A DNA stretch of 64,000 bases from Acidobacteriota bacterium (GTDB lineage: Bacteria; Acidobacteriota; UBA890; WLXD01). The stretch spans positions 2,656,001 to 2,720,000 of the forward strand of contig CBDBHB010000009.1 of assembly GCA_965205505.1 (NCBI GenBank), read 5' to 3'. Made by a program: the position numbers and the translations under genes. Of the stretch, positions 9,905-19,110 are shown piece by piece (the first letter of the stretch is position 1; each line of letters starts with the position of its first letter). The notes beneath the pieces were generated by a model. The model saw only the letters and a list, made by a program, of their open reading frames with translations, was not told the origin of the DNA and ran no database searches.

Positions 9905-11674
9905 ATGTCTATGGAGCCCGTCGTTCGCGAGGCGATCGGGGTGTCGGCGGGCATCGCCATCGGCACCGCGTTCGTCATCGAGCGCCGCGTGAGCCACGTG
10001 CCACGCTACGAGCTGTCGGAGGATCGGATCGAGCATGAGCTGGTGCGACTGGATGCCGCGGTCGCGAGCGTGCGGCAGCAGCTCGCAGCAATCGAAGAGG
10101 TAGCCGACCGGGAACTGGGCCACGACATTGCCCAGATCATCGATGCGCAGCGCCTGATGCTCGACGGCGGCGGCCTCGTCGGGCCCATCCGTGATCGCAT
10201 CCGAAAGCTCGGGCAGAACGTCGAGTGGGCGGTCAAATCAGTGGGCGACGATCTGAGCGAGCGTTTCGCTCGTATCGCCGATCCATACTTGCGCGAGCGT
10301 CGCAACGATCTCAGTGATCTGACAACGCGCTTGCTACGGACTCTGAGCGGCGAAGAGGGTTTGAGGCGCCAGGATCTCGATGAGTTGCCGGTGCTCTTTG
10401 CCTACGACCTCTTGCCCTCGGATACGGCTCTGCTGAATCGGGATCGAGTGCTGGGTTTTGTGACCGATGTCGGTGGACGCACCAGCCACACGGCGATCAT
10501 GGCCCGATCGCTGCAGATCCCCGCCGTCGTCGGCGCTCACGACACCAGCGAATGGGTTCGCACTGGTGATCAGGTCATTGTCGACGGCGGCGATGGCATG
10601 GTCGTGATTCATCCTGACGCCGAGTTGCTAGCCCGGTATCGCGACAAGCAAGCGTCGATTCGCCGCCGCGACAAGGCGTTGTTGCGCGACCGCGAGCTAC
10701 CCGCGGTCAGCCCCGATGGCATTCACATACGATTGTCAGCGAACATCGAGAGCGCCGACGAGGCGGAAACGGCGCTGCGGTTCGGTGCCGCGGGTGTGGG
10801 GTTGTTTCGATCGGAGTTCCTCTATCTGAGGTCAGCTGACAGTCCACCCGACGAAGAAGCCCACTACAGGGAGTACCGTACCGTTCTGGAGGCCATGAGC
10901 CCCGAGCCGGTCACCATACGCACCCTCGATCTGGGCGGTGAGAAAGAGCTCCCGGGTCGCGAGGGCGCCATCCAGGCGGACAGCAACCTGCTCGGCGTGC
11001 GCGGAATCCGGCAGTCGCTCGAGAAGCCGGAACCTTTCGAAACTCAGTTGCGCGGCCTGCAACGGGCGAGCGCGCATGGCGAGCTACGCGTCGTGTTTCC
11101 GCTGGTGACCGATCTCGACGAGGTGCGCCAGGCGAAAGCAGCGCTACAGCGTGCCCGGGAAGCAGTGGTGGCAGCCGGGCACGCCGTGGCCCAACAGATC
11201 CCGATTGGTGTGATGCTGGAGGTGCCAGCTGCGGCCTTGATCGTCGATCACCTCGCCGAGGAAGTTGATTTTTTCTCGATCGGAACCAACGACTTGATTC
11301 AATATCTGCTGGCGGTGGATCGAAACAACGATGGCGTGGCGCACCTCTACGAACCCTTGCATCCAGCGGTGTTGCGATTGCTCGAGCAGGTCGTGAACGG
11401 AGCCCATGAGCGTGGTATTCCCGTGAGCCTGTGCGGTGAAGCGGCGTCGGATCCGTTGACCGCGATGGTGTTTCTCGGATACGGCATCGACGAGCTCAGC
11501 ATGACCCCGAGCTCCGTTCCGGTGATCAAGAAGCTGATCCGGAGGGTGCCAGCGCAGGATGCGCGCCAACTGCTGGCGCATGCCATGGAGCTCCGTACGG
11601 CACAGGAAGTCGAGATGCTCGCACTCGAGCGGCTCATGACACACTTCCCCGACGGGATTCTGTCGACGGACTAG
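9905..11674 (+). CDS. ptsI: PEP-protein phosphotransferase (PTS enzyme I)
   Basis: GGRTSHTAIMAR phospho-His motif, GVGLFRSEFL, IRTLDLGG, FSIGTNDL.QY, CGE. Confidence 0.96.
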   Translation: MSMEPVVREAIGVSAGIAIGTAFVIERRVSHVPRYELSEDRIEHELVRLDAAVASVRQQLAAIEEVADRELGHDIAQIIDAQRLMLDGGGLVGPIRDRIRKLGQNVEWAVKSVGDDLSERFARIADPYLRERRNDLSDLTTRLLRTLSGEEGLRRQDLDELPVLFAYDLLPSDTALLNRDRVLGFVTDVGGRTSHTAIMARSLQIPAVVGAHDTSEWVRTGDQVIVDGGDGMVVIHPDAELLARYRDKQASIRRRDKALLRDRELPAVSPDGIHIRLSANIESADEAETALRFGAAGVGLFRSEFLYLRSADSPPDEEAHYREYRTVLEAMSPEPVTIRTLDLGGEKELPGREGAIQADSNLLGVRGIRQSLEKPEPFETQLRGLQRASAHGELRVVFPLVTDLDEVRQAKAALQRAREAVVAAGHAVAQQIPIGVMLEVPAAALIVDHLAEEVDFFSIGTNDLIQYLLAVDRNNDGVAHLYEPLHPAVLRLLEQVVNGAHERGIPVSLCGEAASDPLTAMVFLGYGIDELSMTPSSVPVIKKLIRRVPAQDARQLLAHAMELRTAQEVEMLALERLMTHFPDGILSTD

Positions 11675-11858
11675 TGCTCCTGATCATAAGTACGGTGACG
11701 TTTGTGGCGGTCACCCGGAGGGCAGGAGCGATATGCGGGCGAACTCGGCGTCAGGGCTCGTCGAGGATGGCTAAGGCATCGCCTTCCTCACCCTTCCTTG
11801 ATCTCGCCCGCATCTCGCTCCTGCAAACGTCACCCTACTTTATGATCAGGAGCACTAG
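11671..11858. repeat. Internally deleted CTAG-bounded element (class-1 ends)
   Basis: TIR ctagtgctcctgatcataagtacggtgacgtttg with near-perfect inverse at 11824-11858; interior matches the reverse complement of 12696-12974 minus ~90 bp. Confidence 0.9.
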
Positions 11859-11946
11859 TAGCCTGTAACAGATGATCGTCGCATATCGTGGTGGAAGTGC
11901 GATGGGTCTGGTTACGTCGCCAAGGGCGCAGATCCAAGGCGCCGAC
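11855..11946. repeat. Chimeric element fragment (class-2 end fused to class-3 end and arm)
   Basis: ctagtagcctgtaacagatgatcgtcgcatatcg matches reverse complement of 47739-47772, then tggtggaagtg...gggtctggttacg as in class-3 ends. Confidence 0.75.
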
Positions 11947-12345
11947 ACCGCTTCGATCCGCTTCGAGGTCACGTTCAGCGGCACGGGCACGACCCTCCCG
12001 CGCCTGGGAATGGACGTCGATTGCGGCGTAACGAGCTTCAACGCAGTGGCGCGATCGTGAGCTCGGGCAGGCCGAAACTCTGTTAGTGCGGCCACCTTCC
12101 AGCGCATTTTTCGGCGCTGGACCGTTCGCGAATCACTCACGGAATCGGTACAAGACCGGTACGAGCTCGAGGTGGTGGAGACGTAGAGGTTGAGCGCTCG
12201 CAGTTGGTTAGCAGACTCAGGTCTTGGATGGCACACTTGCCCGACGGTACCTACGAGTGAACAAAGCCGGGCGCGGCGACCGCTGGGCCGCCGCAAGCGT
12301 CGGATTCGTCTGACGACGGGATCCAGCCACGGCGGGGCGAAGGGA

Positions 12346-12699
12346 ATGCGCAAGGTCGACAAGCCTTGGGGTCACGAGATCATCTGGGCCGAAACAGACT
12401 GCTACGTAGGTAAGATCCTGCACATCGACGAGGGCGAGCAGCTCAGCCTCCAGTACCACGAGGTCAAGGAGGAGACGCTCTTCTGCCAGTCGGGACGGCT
12501 CGAGCTCGAGATCGGAGAGGGTGTCGGTGGCGATCTACACGCCGTGATCCTCGAGCCCGGGCAAGTGCAGCACATCCCACCGCGTACCGTTCATCGCATG
12601 CGGGCGTTGACCACCTGCGATGTCTTCGAGGTCTCCACGCCCCATCTCGATGACGTGGTCAGGCTCGAAGATCGCTACGGACGGAAAACCGGCGACTAG
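12346..12699 (+). CDS. Cupin-domain protein (mannose-6-phosphate isomerase type II C-terminal-like)
   Basis: KPWG.E, LSLQYH..KEET, HIPP.TVHR, EVSTP.LDDVVRLEDRYGR. Confidence 0.88.
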   Translation: MRKVDKPWGHEIIWAETDCYVGKILHIDEGEQLSLQYHEVKEETLFCQSGRLELEIGEGVGGDLHAVILEPGQVQHIPPRTVHRMRALTTCDVFEVSTPHLDDVVRLEDRYGRKTGD

Positions 12700-12974
12700 T
12701 GCTCCTGATCATAAGTACGGTGACGTTTGCAGGAGCGAGATGCGGGCGAGATCAAGGAAGAGTGAGGAAGGCGATGCCGTAGCCATCCTCGAGGAGCCCT
12801 GACGCCGAGATCGCCCGCATATCGCTCCTGCCCTCCGGGTGGCCGCGGGACCGGCCACCTTGGGCGTCGCGGCGCCTCGACGATACACCCAGCATCGCCC
12901 TCGTCGCCGCTCCTACAATTCGCCCCGCTCGCGCGCGCCACAAACGTCACCGTACTTATGATCAGGAGCACTAG
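12696..12974. mobile_element. 279-bp MITE-like palindromic element, class-1 ends
   Basis: Perfect 34-bp TIR (ctagtgctcctgatcataagtacggtgacgtttg) including terminal CTAG; begins on cupin stop codon. Confidence 0.85.
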
Positions 12975-13155
12975 TGCTGCACCCCACGAATCGTGGTACG
13001 CCTGCTCTGCCGTAGGGTAGCGTCGGGACGGGACGATCCCTTTGTCGGGGCTCCTCGACGATGTACCAACATCGCCTCCGTCGCCGCTCCGCGGGACTGC
13101 CCAGTTCGCCGAGAATGACGGCCGTGAGAGCCGCCACGAGGATTGCGCCGCGCTC
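12971..13155. repeat. Diverged single-arm relative of the element family
   Basis: Starts ctagtgct sharing the CTAG of the previous element; contains core ctcctcgacgatg-N6-catcgcct; right boundary approximate. Confidence 0.55.
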
Positions 13156-13232
13156 TTTGACTATATGTGAAGCGCTGGCCGATGCTGACCCTCCACGGTG
13201 CGCTTTCGGCGTGCAGCGTGCACAATAGGGGA

Positions 13233-14552
13233 GTGAGAACTCGTCGTGGTGCGTGTTGCCTGGTGCCGGCAGTTCTGCTGGTCGTAGCCATCCCCGCTGC
13301 CGCCCAGGCTCCCGAAAGCCAACCGTTCGTTCTGGTGGCAGAGCTCGCCGACACCATCCACGCTATTACCTCGGAATACGTCGTCGAGGCGCTCGATACG
13401 GCTACCCGACGCGGCGCCGATTTGTTCCTGCTACAGATCGACACGCCGGGTGGTCTGGATCGGTCGATGCGCGACATTATCCAAGCCTTCCGAGCTAGCC
13501 CCGTGCCCGTGTGTTTGTTCGTCGGGCCGTCGGGAGCGCGCGCCGCCTCGGCCGGCTTCTTCATGGCCATGGCGGCCGACATCGTGGTGATGGCGCCGGG
13601 TACCAACATGGGTGCGGCAAGCCCAGTGCTGGTGGGCGGCGGCGCCGACGAGACGATGCAGAAGAAGATGATCCAGGACGCGGAGGCCTACATCCGCAGC
13701 CTGGCTGAAGACCGAGGACGCCCAGTCGATCTGGCCGCCGAGGCGGTTACCGACGGACGCTCCTTCGCGGCTCAGGAGGCGCTCGATGTGGGGCTCGCTG
13801 ACTTCATCGCTGACGATATCGACGCGTTGCTAGCGATCATAGACGGCAGGCGGATCAGCAAGGGCGGCGCTGACACCGTCTTGCAGCTGGATGGCGCCCA
13901 GGTCGAGACGCTCGAGCTGTCGTTGCGGCAGCGAGTCCTTGCCGTTGTGGCCGACCCACAGGTAGCCTTCATACTCATGCTGGCCGGGCTGGCAGGGTTG
14001 TATTTCGAGTTCTCCACACCCGGCGCGGTGCTGCCGGGCGTGCTCGGCGGCATCTGCCTGGTGCTGGCGCTACAAGCGTTCCAGATACTACCGATCAGCT
14101 TTGCCGGCATGTTGCTCATCGCGCTGGCACTCCTGTTCTTCATCCTCGAGGTAAAGGTAACCTCCTACGGCTTGCTGACGGTGGCGGGAGTGGTGGCATT
14201 CGTGCTCGGCTCGTTGATGCTTTTTCCTGGACCGATTCCGGAGCTACGGTTGCAACTGGGCTTCGTTCTTCCGACGGCACTCGGCGTACTGGCGATCACC
14301 GGGTCGCTCGTTTGGCTCGTAGTGCACTCGCATCGAGCGCGCGTCCAGACTGGCCCGAGGGGTCTCGTAACCAAGATCGGACACGCGACTTCGGACCTAG
14401 AACCGGGAAGCCCGGGTTCGGCATTCGTTCACGGAGAGCTATGGCGAGCCCGGTCGGACGTGCCAGTTCGCTCCGGCGACGCAGTAGAGGTCGTGGGGGT
14501 GGAGAGTGGCATGGTCCTCCGGGTACGCCCGAGCCACACACACGAAAGGTAG
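13233..14552 (+). CDS. nfeD: NfeD family membrane-bound serine protease
   Basis: Signal peptide, IDTPGG, GARAASAG, MAPGTNMGAA, TM helices, C-terminal VHGELWRA OB-fold; followed by SPFH gene. Confidence 0.92.
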   Translation: MRTRRGACCLVPAVLLVVAIPAAAQAPESQPFVLVAELADTIHAITSEYVVEALDTATRRGADLFLLQIDTPGGLDRSMRDIIQAFRASPVPVCLFVGPSGARAASAGFFMAMAADIVVMAPGTNMGAASPVLVGGGADETMQKKMIQDAEAYIRSLAEDRGRPVDLAAEAVTDGRSFAAQEALDVGLADFIADDIDALLAIIDGRRISKGGADTVLQLDGAQVETLELSLRQRVLAVVADPQVAFILMLAGLAGLYFEFSTPGAVLPGVLGGICLVLALQAFQILPISFAGMLLIALALLFFILEVKVTSYGLLTVAGVVAFVLGSLMLFPGPIPELRLQLGFVLPTALGVLAITGSLVWLVVHSHRARVQTGPRGLVTKIGHATSDLEPGSPGSAFVHGELWRARSDVPVRSGDAVEVVGVESGMVLRVRPSHTHER

Positions 14553-14559
14553 CTGACCG

Positions 14560-15354
14560 ATGGGACTACTTTCGCCCGTAACGTTCTTGTTCGTCCTGCT
14601 CGCTTTTTACCTGATCAGCTCGGTGAACATCCTCAAGGAGTACGAGCGCGCCGTTATCTTTCGGCTCGGCAGGTTGCTGCCGGAAACCAAGGGGCCGGGC
14701 ATCATATTCGTCTTCTGGCCGATTGACAAAATGGAGCGCGTGTCGCTGCGCACGATCGTTCTCGACGTGCCTCCGCAGGACGTGATCACGCGCGACAACG
14801 TCTCGGTGAAGGTAAACGCGGTGGTGTATTTCCGCGTCATGGATTCCACCCGTGCCGTGGTCGAGGTTGAGAACTATATGTACGCCACCTCGCAGCTGGC
14901 GCAGACGACGTTGCGCTCGGTGCTCGGCCAGGTCGAGCTCGACTCGCTGCTATCGGAGCGTGAGAGCCTCAACTCACAGTTGCAGTCGATCCTCGACGAC
15001 CATACTGACGCGTGGGGAATCAAGGTGTCGATGGTGGAGGTGAAACACGTCGACCTGCCGCAGGAGATGATTCGCGCCATCGCCCGCCAGGCCGAGGCGG
15101 AGCGCGAGAAGCGAGCCAAGATCATCCACGCGGAAGGGGAGGCGCAGGCGTCGGAGCGTTTGTACGCGGCAGCGAAAGTTCTGGCGCAGGAGCCCGTTGC
15201 CGTACAGCTGCGTTACTTCCAGACGTTGACCGAGGTGGCGTCCGATCGCAGTTCGACCATCGTATTCCCGCTTCCCATGGACATGATGATACGCGGACTG
15301 AGCGGTGCTGGCGGTGTGGCCAGGGCGGGCAGCAGCGATGGTGCCGACGACTGA
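14560..15354 (+). CDS. SPFH/stomatin-like (slipin) protein
   Basis: [48 protein letters not shown]. Confidence 0.94.
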   Translation: MGLLSPVTFLFVLLAFYLISSVNILKEYERAVIFRLGRLLPETKGPGIIFVFWPIDKMERVSLRTIVLDVPPQDVITRDNVSVKVNAVVYFRVMDSTRAVVEVENYMYATSQLAQTTLRSVLGQVELDSLLSERESLNSQLQSILDDHTDAWGIKVSMVEVKHVDLPQEMIRAIARQAEAEREKRAKIIHAEGEAQASERLYAAAKVLAQEPVAVQLRYFQTLTEVASDRSSTIVFPLPMDMMIRGLSGAGGVARAGSSDGADD

Positions 15355-15484
15355 GTAGTTTGGGCTCGGGTGGTGAGGACCCGCGTAGGAAGAGAATCGT
15401 TTCTTGATGCGATAGACTTTGCTGGATATTGATCACGCTAGCGCGCCGCTGTGACGGCGTGGGTCCTGCGTGCGGGGTGGGAAG

Positions 15485-16087
15485 ATGAACGGATCGGGCA
15501 AGCAGAGTTTCTACGAGATCCAACTAAGCAACAGCAGCCTGATCGTGGCCTTTCTGGTGGCGGTTGGCTTGGGCGTTGCCGTGTTCATGCTCGGGGTCAT
15601 GGTGGGGCGCGATCAGGGACCACAGCCGTTGCTTGAAGGTGGCTTGGTCGAGGCGCTCGGTGACGAGACTGGCCCCGCGCCGGCGGTCGATCCGGCTGAT
15701 ACGGATTTCCTCGGACGCATGGAAGAGTCGGCGGAAGAGACGACCGCCAACCTCGGCACAGCGGCAGCGGAGCCGGTCGCTGCAACGCGGCCGGCCGAGG
15801 CGTCGCCGTCGGCCGCTACAAACGATCTGCCGGTGGCGGACCCCTCGATCGCCAGCGGCTATGTGGTGCAGGTCAAGGCCACGAGCGATCGCGACGAGGC
15901 TGACACGCTTCAGGCAAGCCTCGCATCAGCGGGGTTTCCGGCGTTCATCGTGTCCGGCGATGTCGCCGGGACGATGATGTTCCGCGTACGCGTCGGGCGC
16001 TACCGTGAGGAATCGGCTGCCGAGCGCGTCGCGGCTGCGCTCAGCGGCCGTCGCGACATCGTCGACACCTGGATCACCCAGGGCTAG
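15485..16087 (+). CDS. SPOR-domain membrane protein (FtsN/DedD-like)
   Basis: N-terminal TM helix, low-complexity linker, YVVQV...FRVRVGRY SPOR motif. Confidence 0.85.
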   Translation: MNGSGKQSFYEIQLSNSSLIVAFLVAVGLGVAVFMLGVMVGRDQGPQPLLEGGLVEALGDETGPAPAVDPADTDFLGRMEESAEETTANLGTAAAEPVAATRPAEASPSAATNDLPVADPSIASGYVVQVKATSDRDEADTLQASLASAGFPAFIVSGDVAGTMMFRVRVGRYREESAAERVAAALSGRRDIVDTWITQG

Positions 16088-16362
16088 TGTCCTGTAACAG
16101 AGGTTCGTTGCATATTGTGGCGCGCGCGACTGAGTCGAAACCAAGGAGGCTCGACGACAGCGATGCTGAGCGTATCGCAGAGGAGGGCCGACGCCGGAGG
16201 CGGCCAGTCCCGCGGCCACCCGGAGGGCTGGGTCGATATGGGGACAATCTCAGCGTTGCGATTTGTCGACGATGGGCACTGCATCGCCATCCTCATCGCG
16301 CCTTGAGCTTGCCCCCATCTCGCCGTAACCAGACCCACCACACTTTCACCACGGCCTGCTAG
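16084..16362. mobile_element. 279-bp MITE-like element with mismatched ends (class-2 left, class-3 right)
   Basis: CTAG at both ends; left tgtcctgtaacag..., right ...cccaccacactttcaccacggcctg; interior colinear with reverse complement of 12696-12974. Confidence 0.85.
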
Positions 16363-16371
16363 AGGGAACAC

Positions 16372-17913
16372 CTGTCGCGCTCTGGTTGGACGGCGCTTGT
16401 CAGCGGCCTCGCTCTGGCCGCGGCGTTCCCCAAGGTCGGGTGGGCTCCGCTCGCGTGGGTGGCGGTTGCGCCGCTGCTCATCGCTGTGACCGACATCTCA
16501 CCAGTGCGTGCGTGGTGGTACGGGTTCCTCTTCGGGGCGGCGTTTCGCGCCGCGACGCTGTACTGGGTGGTCTACGCGATGACGCGCTTCGGCGGCTTGT
16601 CGCTGCCGATCGCCGCCTTGGGCGCGGGTCTGTTGGTTGCCTATCTGGCCGCCTACTGGGGCCTGTTTGCACTGGTGGCGAACCGCGCCGGGATCGAGCG
16701 CCCCGAGGCGGTGCTGCTGCTGGCGGCAACGTGGACTGGTCTGGAGTACATACAATCGGTCTTGCTGAGCGGGTTCCCCTGGGCGTTACTGGGGTATGCG
16801 GGGTCCGCCTACCTGCCGGTAGCCCAGGTCGCTGACCTCGCCGGCGTATACGGGCTGTCGTTCCTAGTGATATTGGGAAACGGAGCCTTTGCGGCGGCCG
16901 CCCGCAGCAGGCCCGGCTGGCGCGCGACGGCGCTGCCTGCGGTCGTCATGCTGGCCGCCAGCATCCTCTATGGCTATGGGCGACTGTCTACAGGACCGGC
17001 GACGGACGTTGGCACGACCGTGCCAGTGGCCCTGGTACAGGGCAACGTGGCGCAGGACAGCAAGTGGGACCCGGGCCTCAGGGAGCGCACGCTGGAGCGC
17101 CATTTGCTGCTGTCTGAGCGTGGCGCTCGGAGCGGCGCCCGGTTGGTGGTGTGGCCCGAGAGCAGCTGGCCCGATCCCTACGGTGTCGAGCGCGACCCGC
17201 AGGCATCGAGGCTCTTGACGGCCGTGGCGCGGCGCACCGGAGCCGCACTAGTTGTTGGCACGGTGCACGTAGCCGACGGCGACGCCGGGTACACGGTTGC
17301 TAACGCCGCCGTAGTGGTGGACGCCGATGGCGATTGGGCCGGCCGGTACGAGAAATCGCACCTTGTCCCGTTCGGCGAGTACCTGCCTCTACAACGCTAC
17401 CTACGGTTCCTGGGGCCACTCGTGCAGTCCGTGGGCGCGATGAGGGCGGGCGATTCGTCGCAGCCGCTCCTGTCAGCGCCGGCTGCCGGGGTGCCGCCTT
17501 TCGGCCTGGCGATTTGCTACGAGATCATTTTTCCGAGCTTGGTGAGTCGGCAAGTGCGGGCCGGCGCGCAGTTCCTGATAACCATTACCAACGACGCCTG
17601 GTACGGCACCACCAGCGGCCCCTATCAGCATTTCGACATGGCTCGCCTACGCGCCATCGAGAACCGGCGCTGGTTGCTACGCGCCGCGAACACCGGCATC
17701 AGCGGTGTCGTCGACCCCTGGGGCCGCGTCTTGGAGCGCACGGAGATGGAAACGGAGGCTGTCGTCGTGAGCGAAGTGAGGGCTCGTCACGATCTGACTC
17801 CGTACGTGCGGATCGGCGACGCGTTTGCGCTCGCCTGTGCCCTGCTGGCGGCGGCGTGCGTCGCGGGCGCCGTTTGGCCGCGCCTCGGATGGATGTATCG
17901 GCCTGCGGCGTGA
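16372..17913 (+). CDS. lnt: Apolipoprotein N-acyltransferase
   Basis: GFPW, VQGN, WPES, YEKSHLVPFGEY, ICYE, TNDAW, RAANTGIS. Typical Lnt N-terminus (SGLALAAAFP) lies upstream of 16459; CTG start at 16372 is tentative. Confidence 0.93.
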   Translation: MSRSGWTALVSGLALAAAFPKVGWAPLAWVAVAPLLIAVTDISPVRAWWYGFLFGAAFRAATLYWVVYAMTRFGGLSLPIAALGAGLLVAYLAAYWGLFALVANRAGIERPEAVLLLAATWTGLEYIQSVLLSGFPWALLGYAGSAYLPVAQVADLAGVYGLSFLVILGNGAFAAAARSRPGWRATALPAVVMLAASILYGYGRLSTGPATDVGTTVPVALVQGNVAQDSKWDPGLRERTLERHLLLSERGARSGARLVVWPESSWPDPYGVERDPQASRLLTAVARRTGAALVVGTVHVADGDAGYTVANAAVVVDADGDWAGRYEKSHLVPFGEYLPLQRYLRFLGPLVQSVGAMRAGDSSQPLLSAPAAGVPPFGLAICYEIIFPSLVSRQVRAGAQFLITITNDAWYGTTSGPYQHFDMARLRAIENRRWLLRAANTGISGVVDPWGRVLERTEMETEAVVVSEVRARHDLTPYVRIGDAFALACALLAAACVAGAVWPRLGWMYRPAA

Positions 17914-17980
17914 TGGCCACGCCGCCGTCGGATTCACGGTACATTCGCCGGTGCGGATCGGTTTTCCAAGGGACACGAGC

Positions 17981-19094
17981 ATGATCGAAGAACCCCGTCG
18001 CGCTCTCGATGAGTTGCGCTCGCGATACCAGGCCCTTGGAGGTCATCTTTGACCCTGCTGGGACTCGAGATCGACTGAGCCAGATCGAGAAGCTGATGGT
18101 CGCGCCGGCGTTCTGGGATGACGGGGGCGACCAGAATCTGGTGCGTGAGCGCAGCGAGCTGCAGGCGCGCATTGACCTCGATGCTTCTCTGAGCGAGAAA
18201 GTCGATGAGGCAGAGGCGTTCCTCGAGCTTGCCGACGAGGGTGAGGAGGAGGCCGTAGGCGAGGCCGAGGCGGCGCTCGCCGAGCTGCGCAAACGCCTCG
18301 ACGCCTACGAGGTGCAGTTGCTCTTGGGCGATCCGGACGACGTGCGTCCGGCGCTCATCGATATCCACCCGGGAGCCGGGGGAACCGAGTCGCAAGATTG
18401 GGCCGCCATGCTGCTGCGCATGCTGCAGCGTTGGGCGGAGGCCGGCGGCTACAAAGTCGAGATGATCGATGAGCAGCCCGGTGAAGAAGCCGGTCTGAAG
18501 AGCGCAACGCTACGCATCGAGGGGCCCTACGCGTTCGGATACCTCAAAGGAGAAACTGGTGTGCACCGTCTGGTGCGGATATCGCCGTACGATGCTGCGA
18601 GCCGGCGGCACACTTCGTTCGCCTCGGTTGCCGTTGCTCCGGAGATCGACGATGACATCGAGATCGAGCTCGACGACAAGGACCTTCGCGTGGATACCTA
18701 TCGTGCCAGTGGAGCGGGCGGTCAGCATGTCAACGTGACCGACTCGGCCGTTCGCGTTACCCATGTACCGACCGGAATCGTCGCCCAGAGCCAGGCGGAG
18801 CGCTCGCAGCACCGCAACAAGGCGACGGCGCTGAAGGTCTTGCGGGCGCGCCTGTACGAGCGCGAGCGTCAGCTACGCGAGGCGGAGATCGCCGAGAAAC
18901 AGGGCGAGAAGATGGAGATCGGCTTCGGGTCGCAGATCCGCTCCTATGTGTTGCACCCCTATCAAATGGCCAAGGACCACCGCACCGACGTCGAGAAGGG
19001 CAATGTGGATGCGGTTCTCGATGGCGACCTACAGCCGTTCATGGACGGCTTCCTGAAATGGCGCGCCGGGGCGGGCAGCGATACCGACTCGTAG
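17981..19094 (+). CDS. prfB: Peptide chain release factor 2 (programmed +1 frameshift)
   Basis: ATG 17981 frame ends CTT-TGA-C; +1 frame has GAGGTESQDWA, ISPYD, GAGGQ, GSQIRSY. Confidence 0.96.
18038..18053 (+). promoter_or_regulatory. prfB frameshift cassette
   Basis: Internal SD GGAGGT, then CAT CTT TGA C. Confidence 0.92.
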
Positions 19095-19110
19095 GAGAGG
19101 CCCTGGTCAG

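Noticed and set aside
12150-12300. Possible tRNA or other known ncRNA upstream of the cupin gene
   Set aside because: No acceptor stem, T-loop GTTCRA or cloverleaf could be built on either strand by eye
17981-18053. prfB split as a pseudogene or sequencing error
   Set aside because: It is the canonical SD plus CTT-TGA-C programmed frameshift
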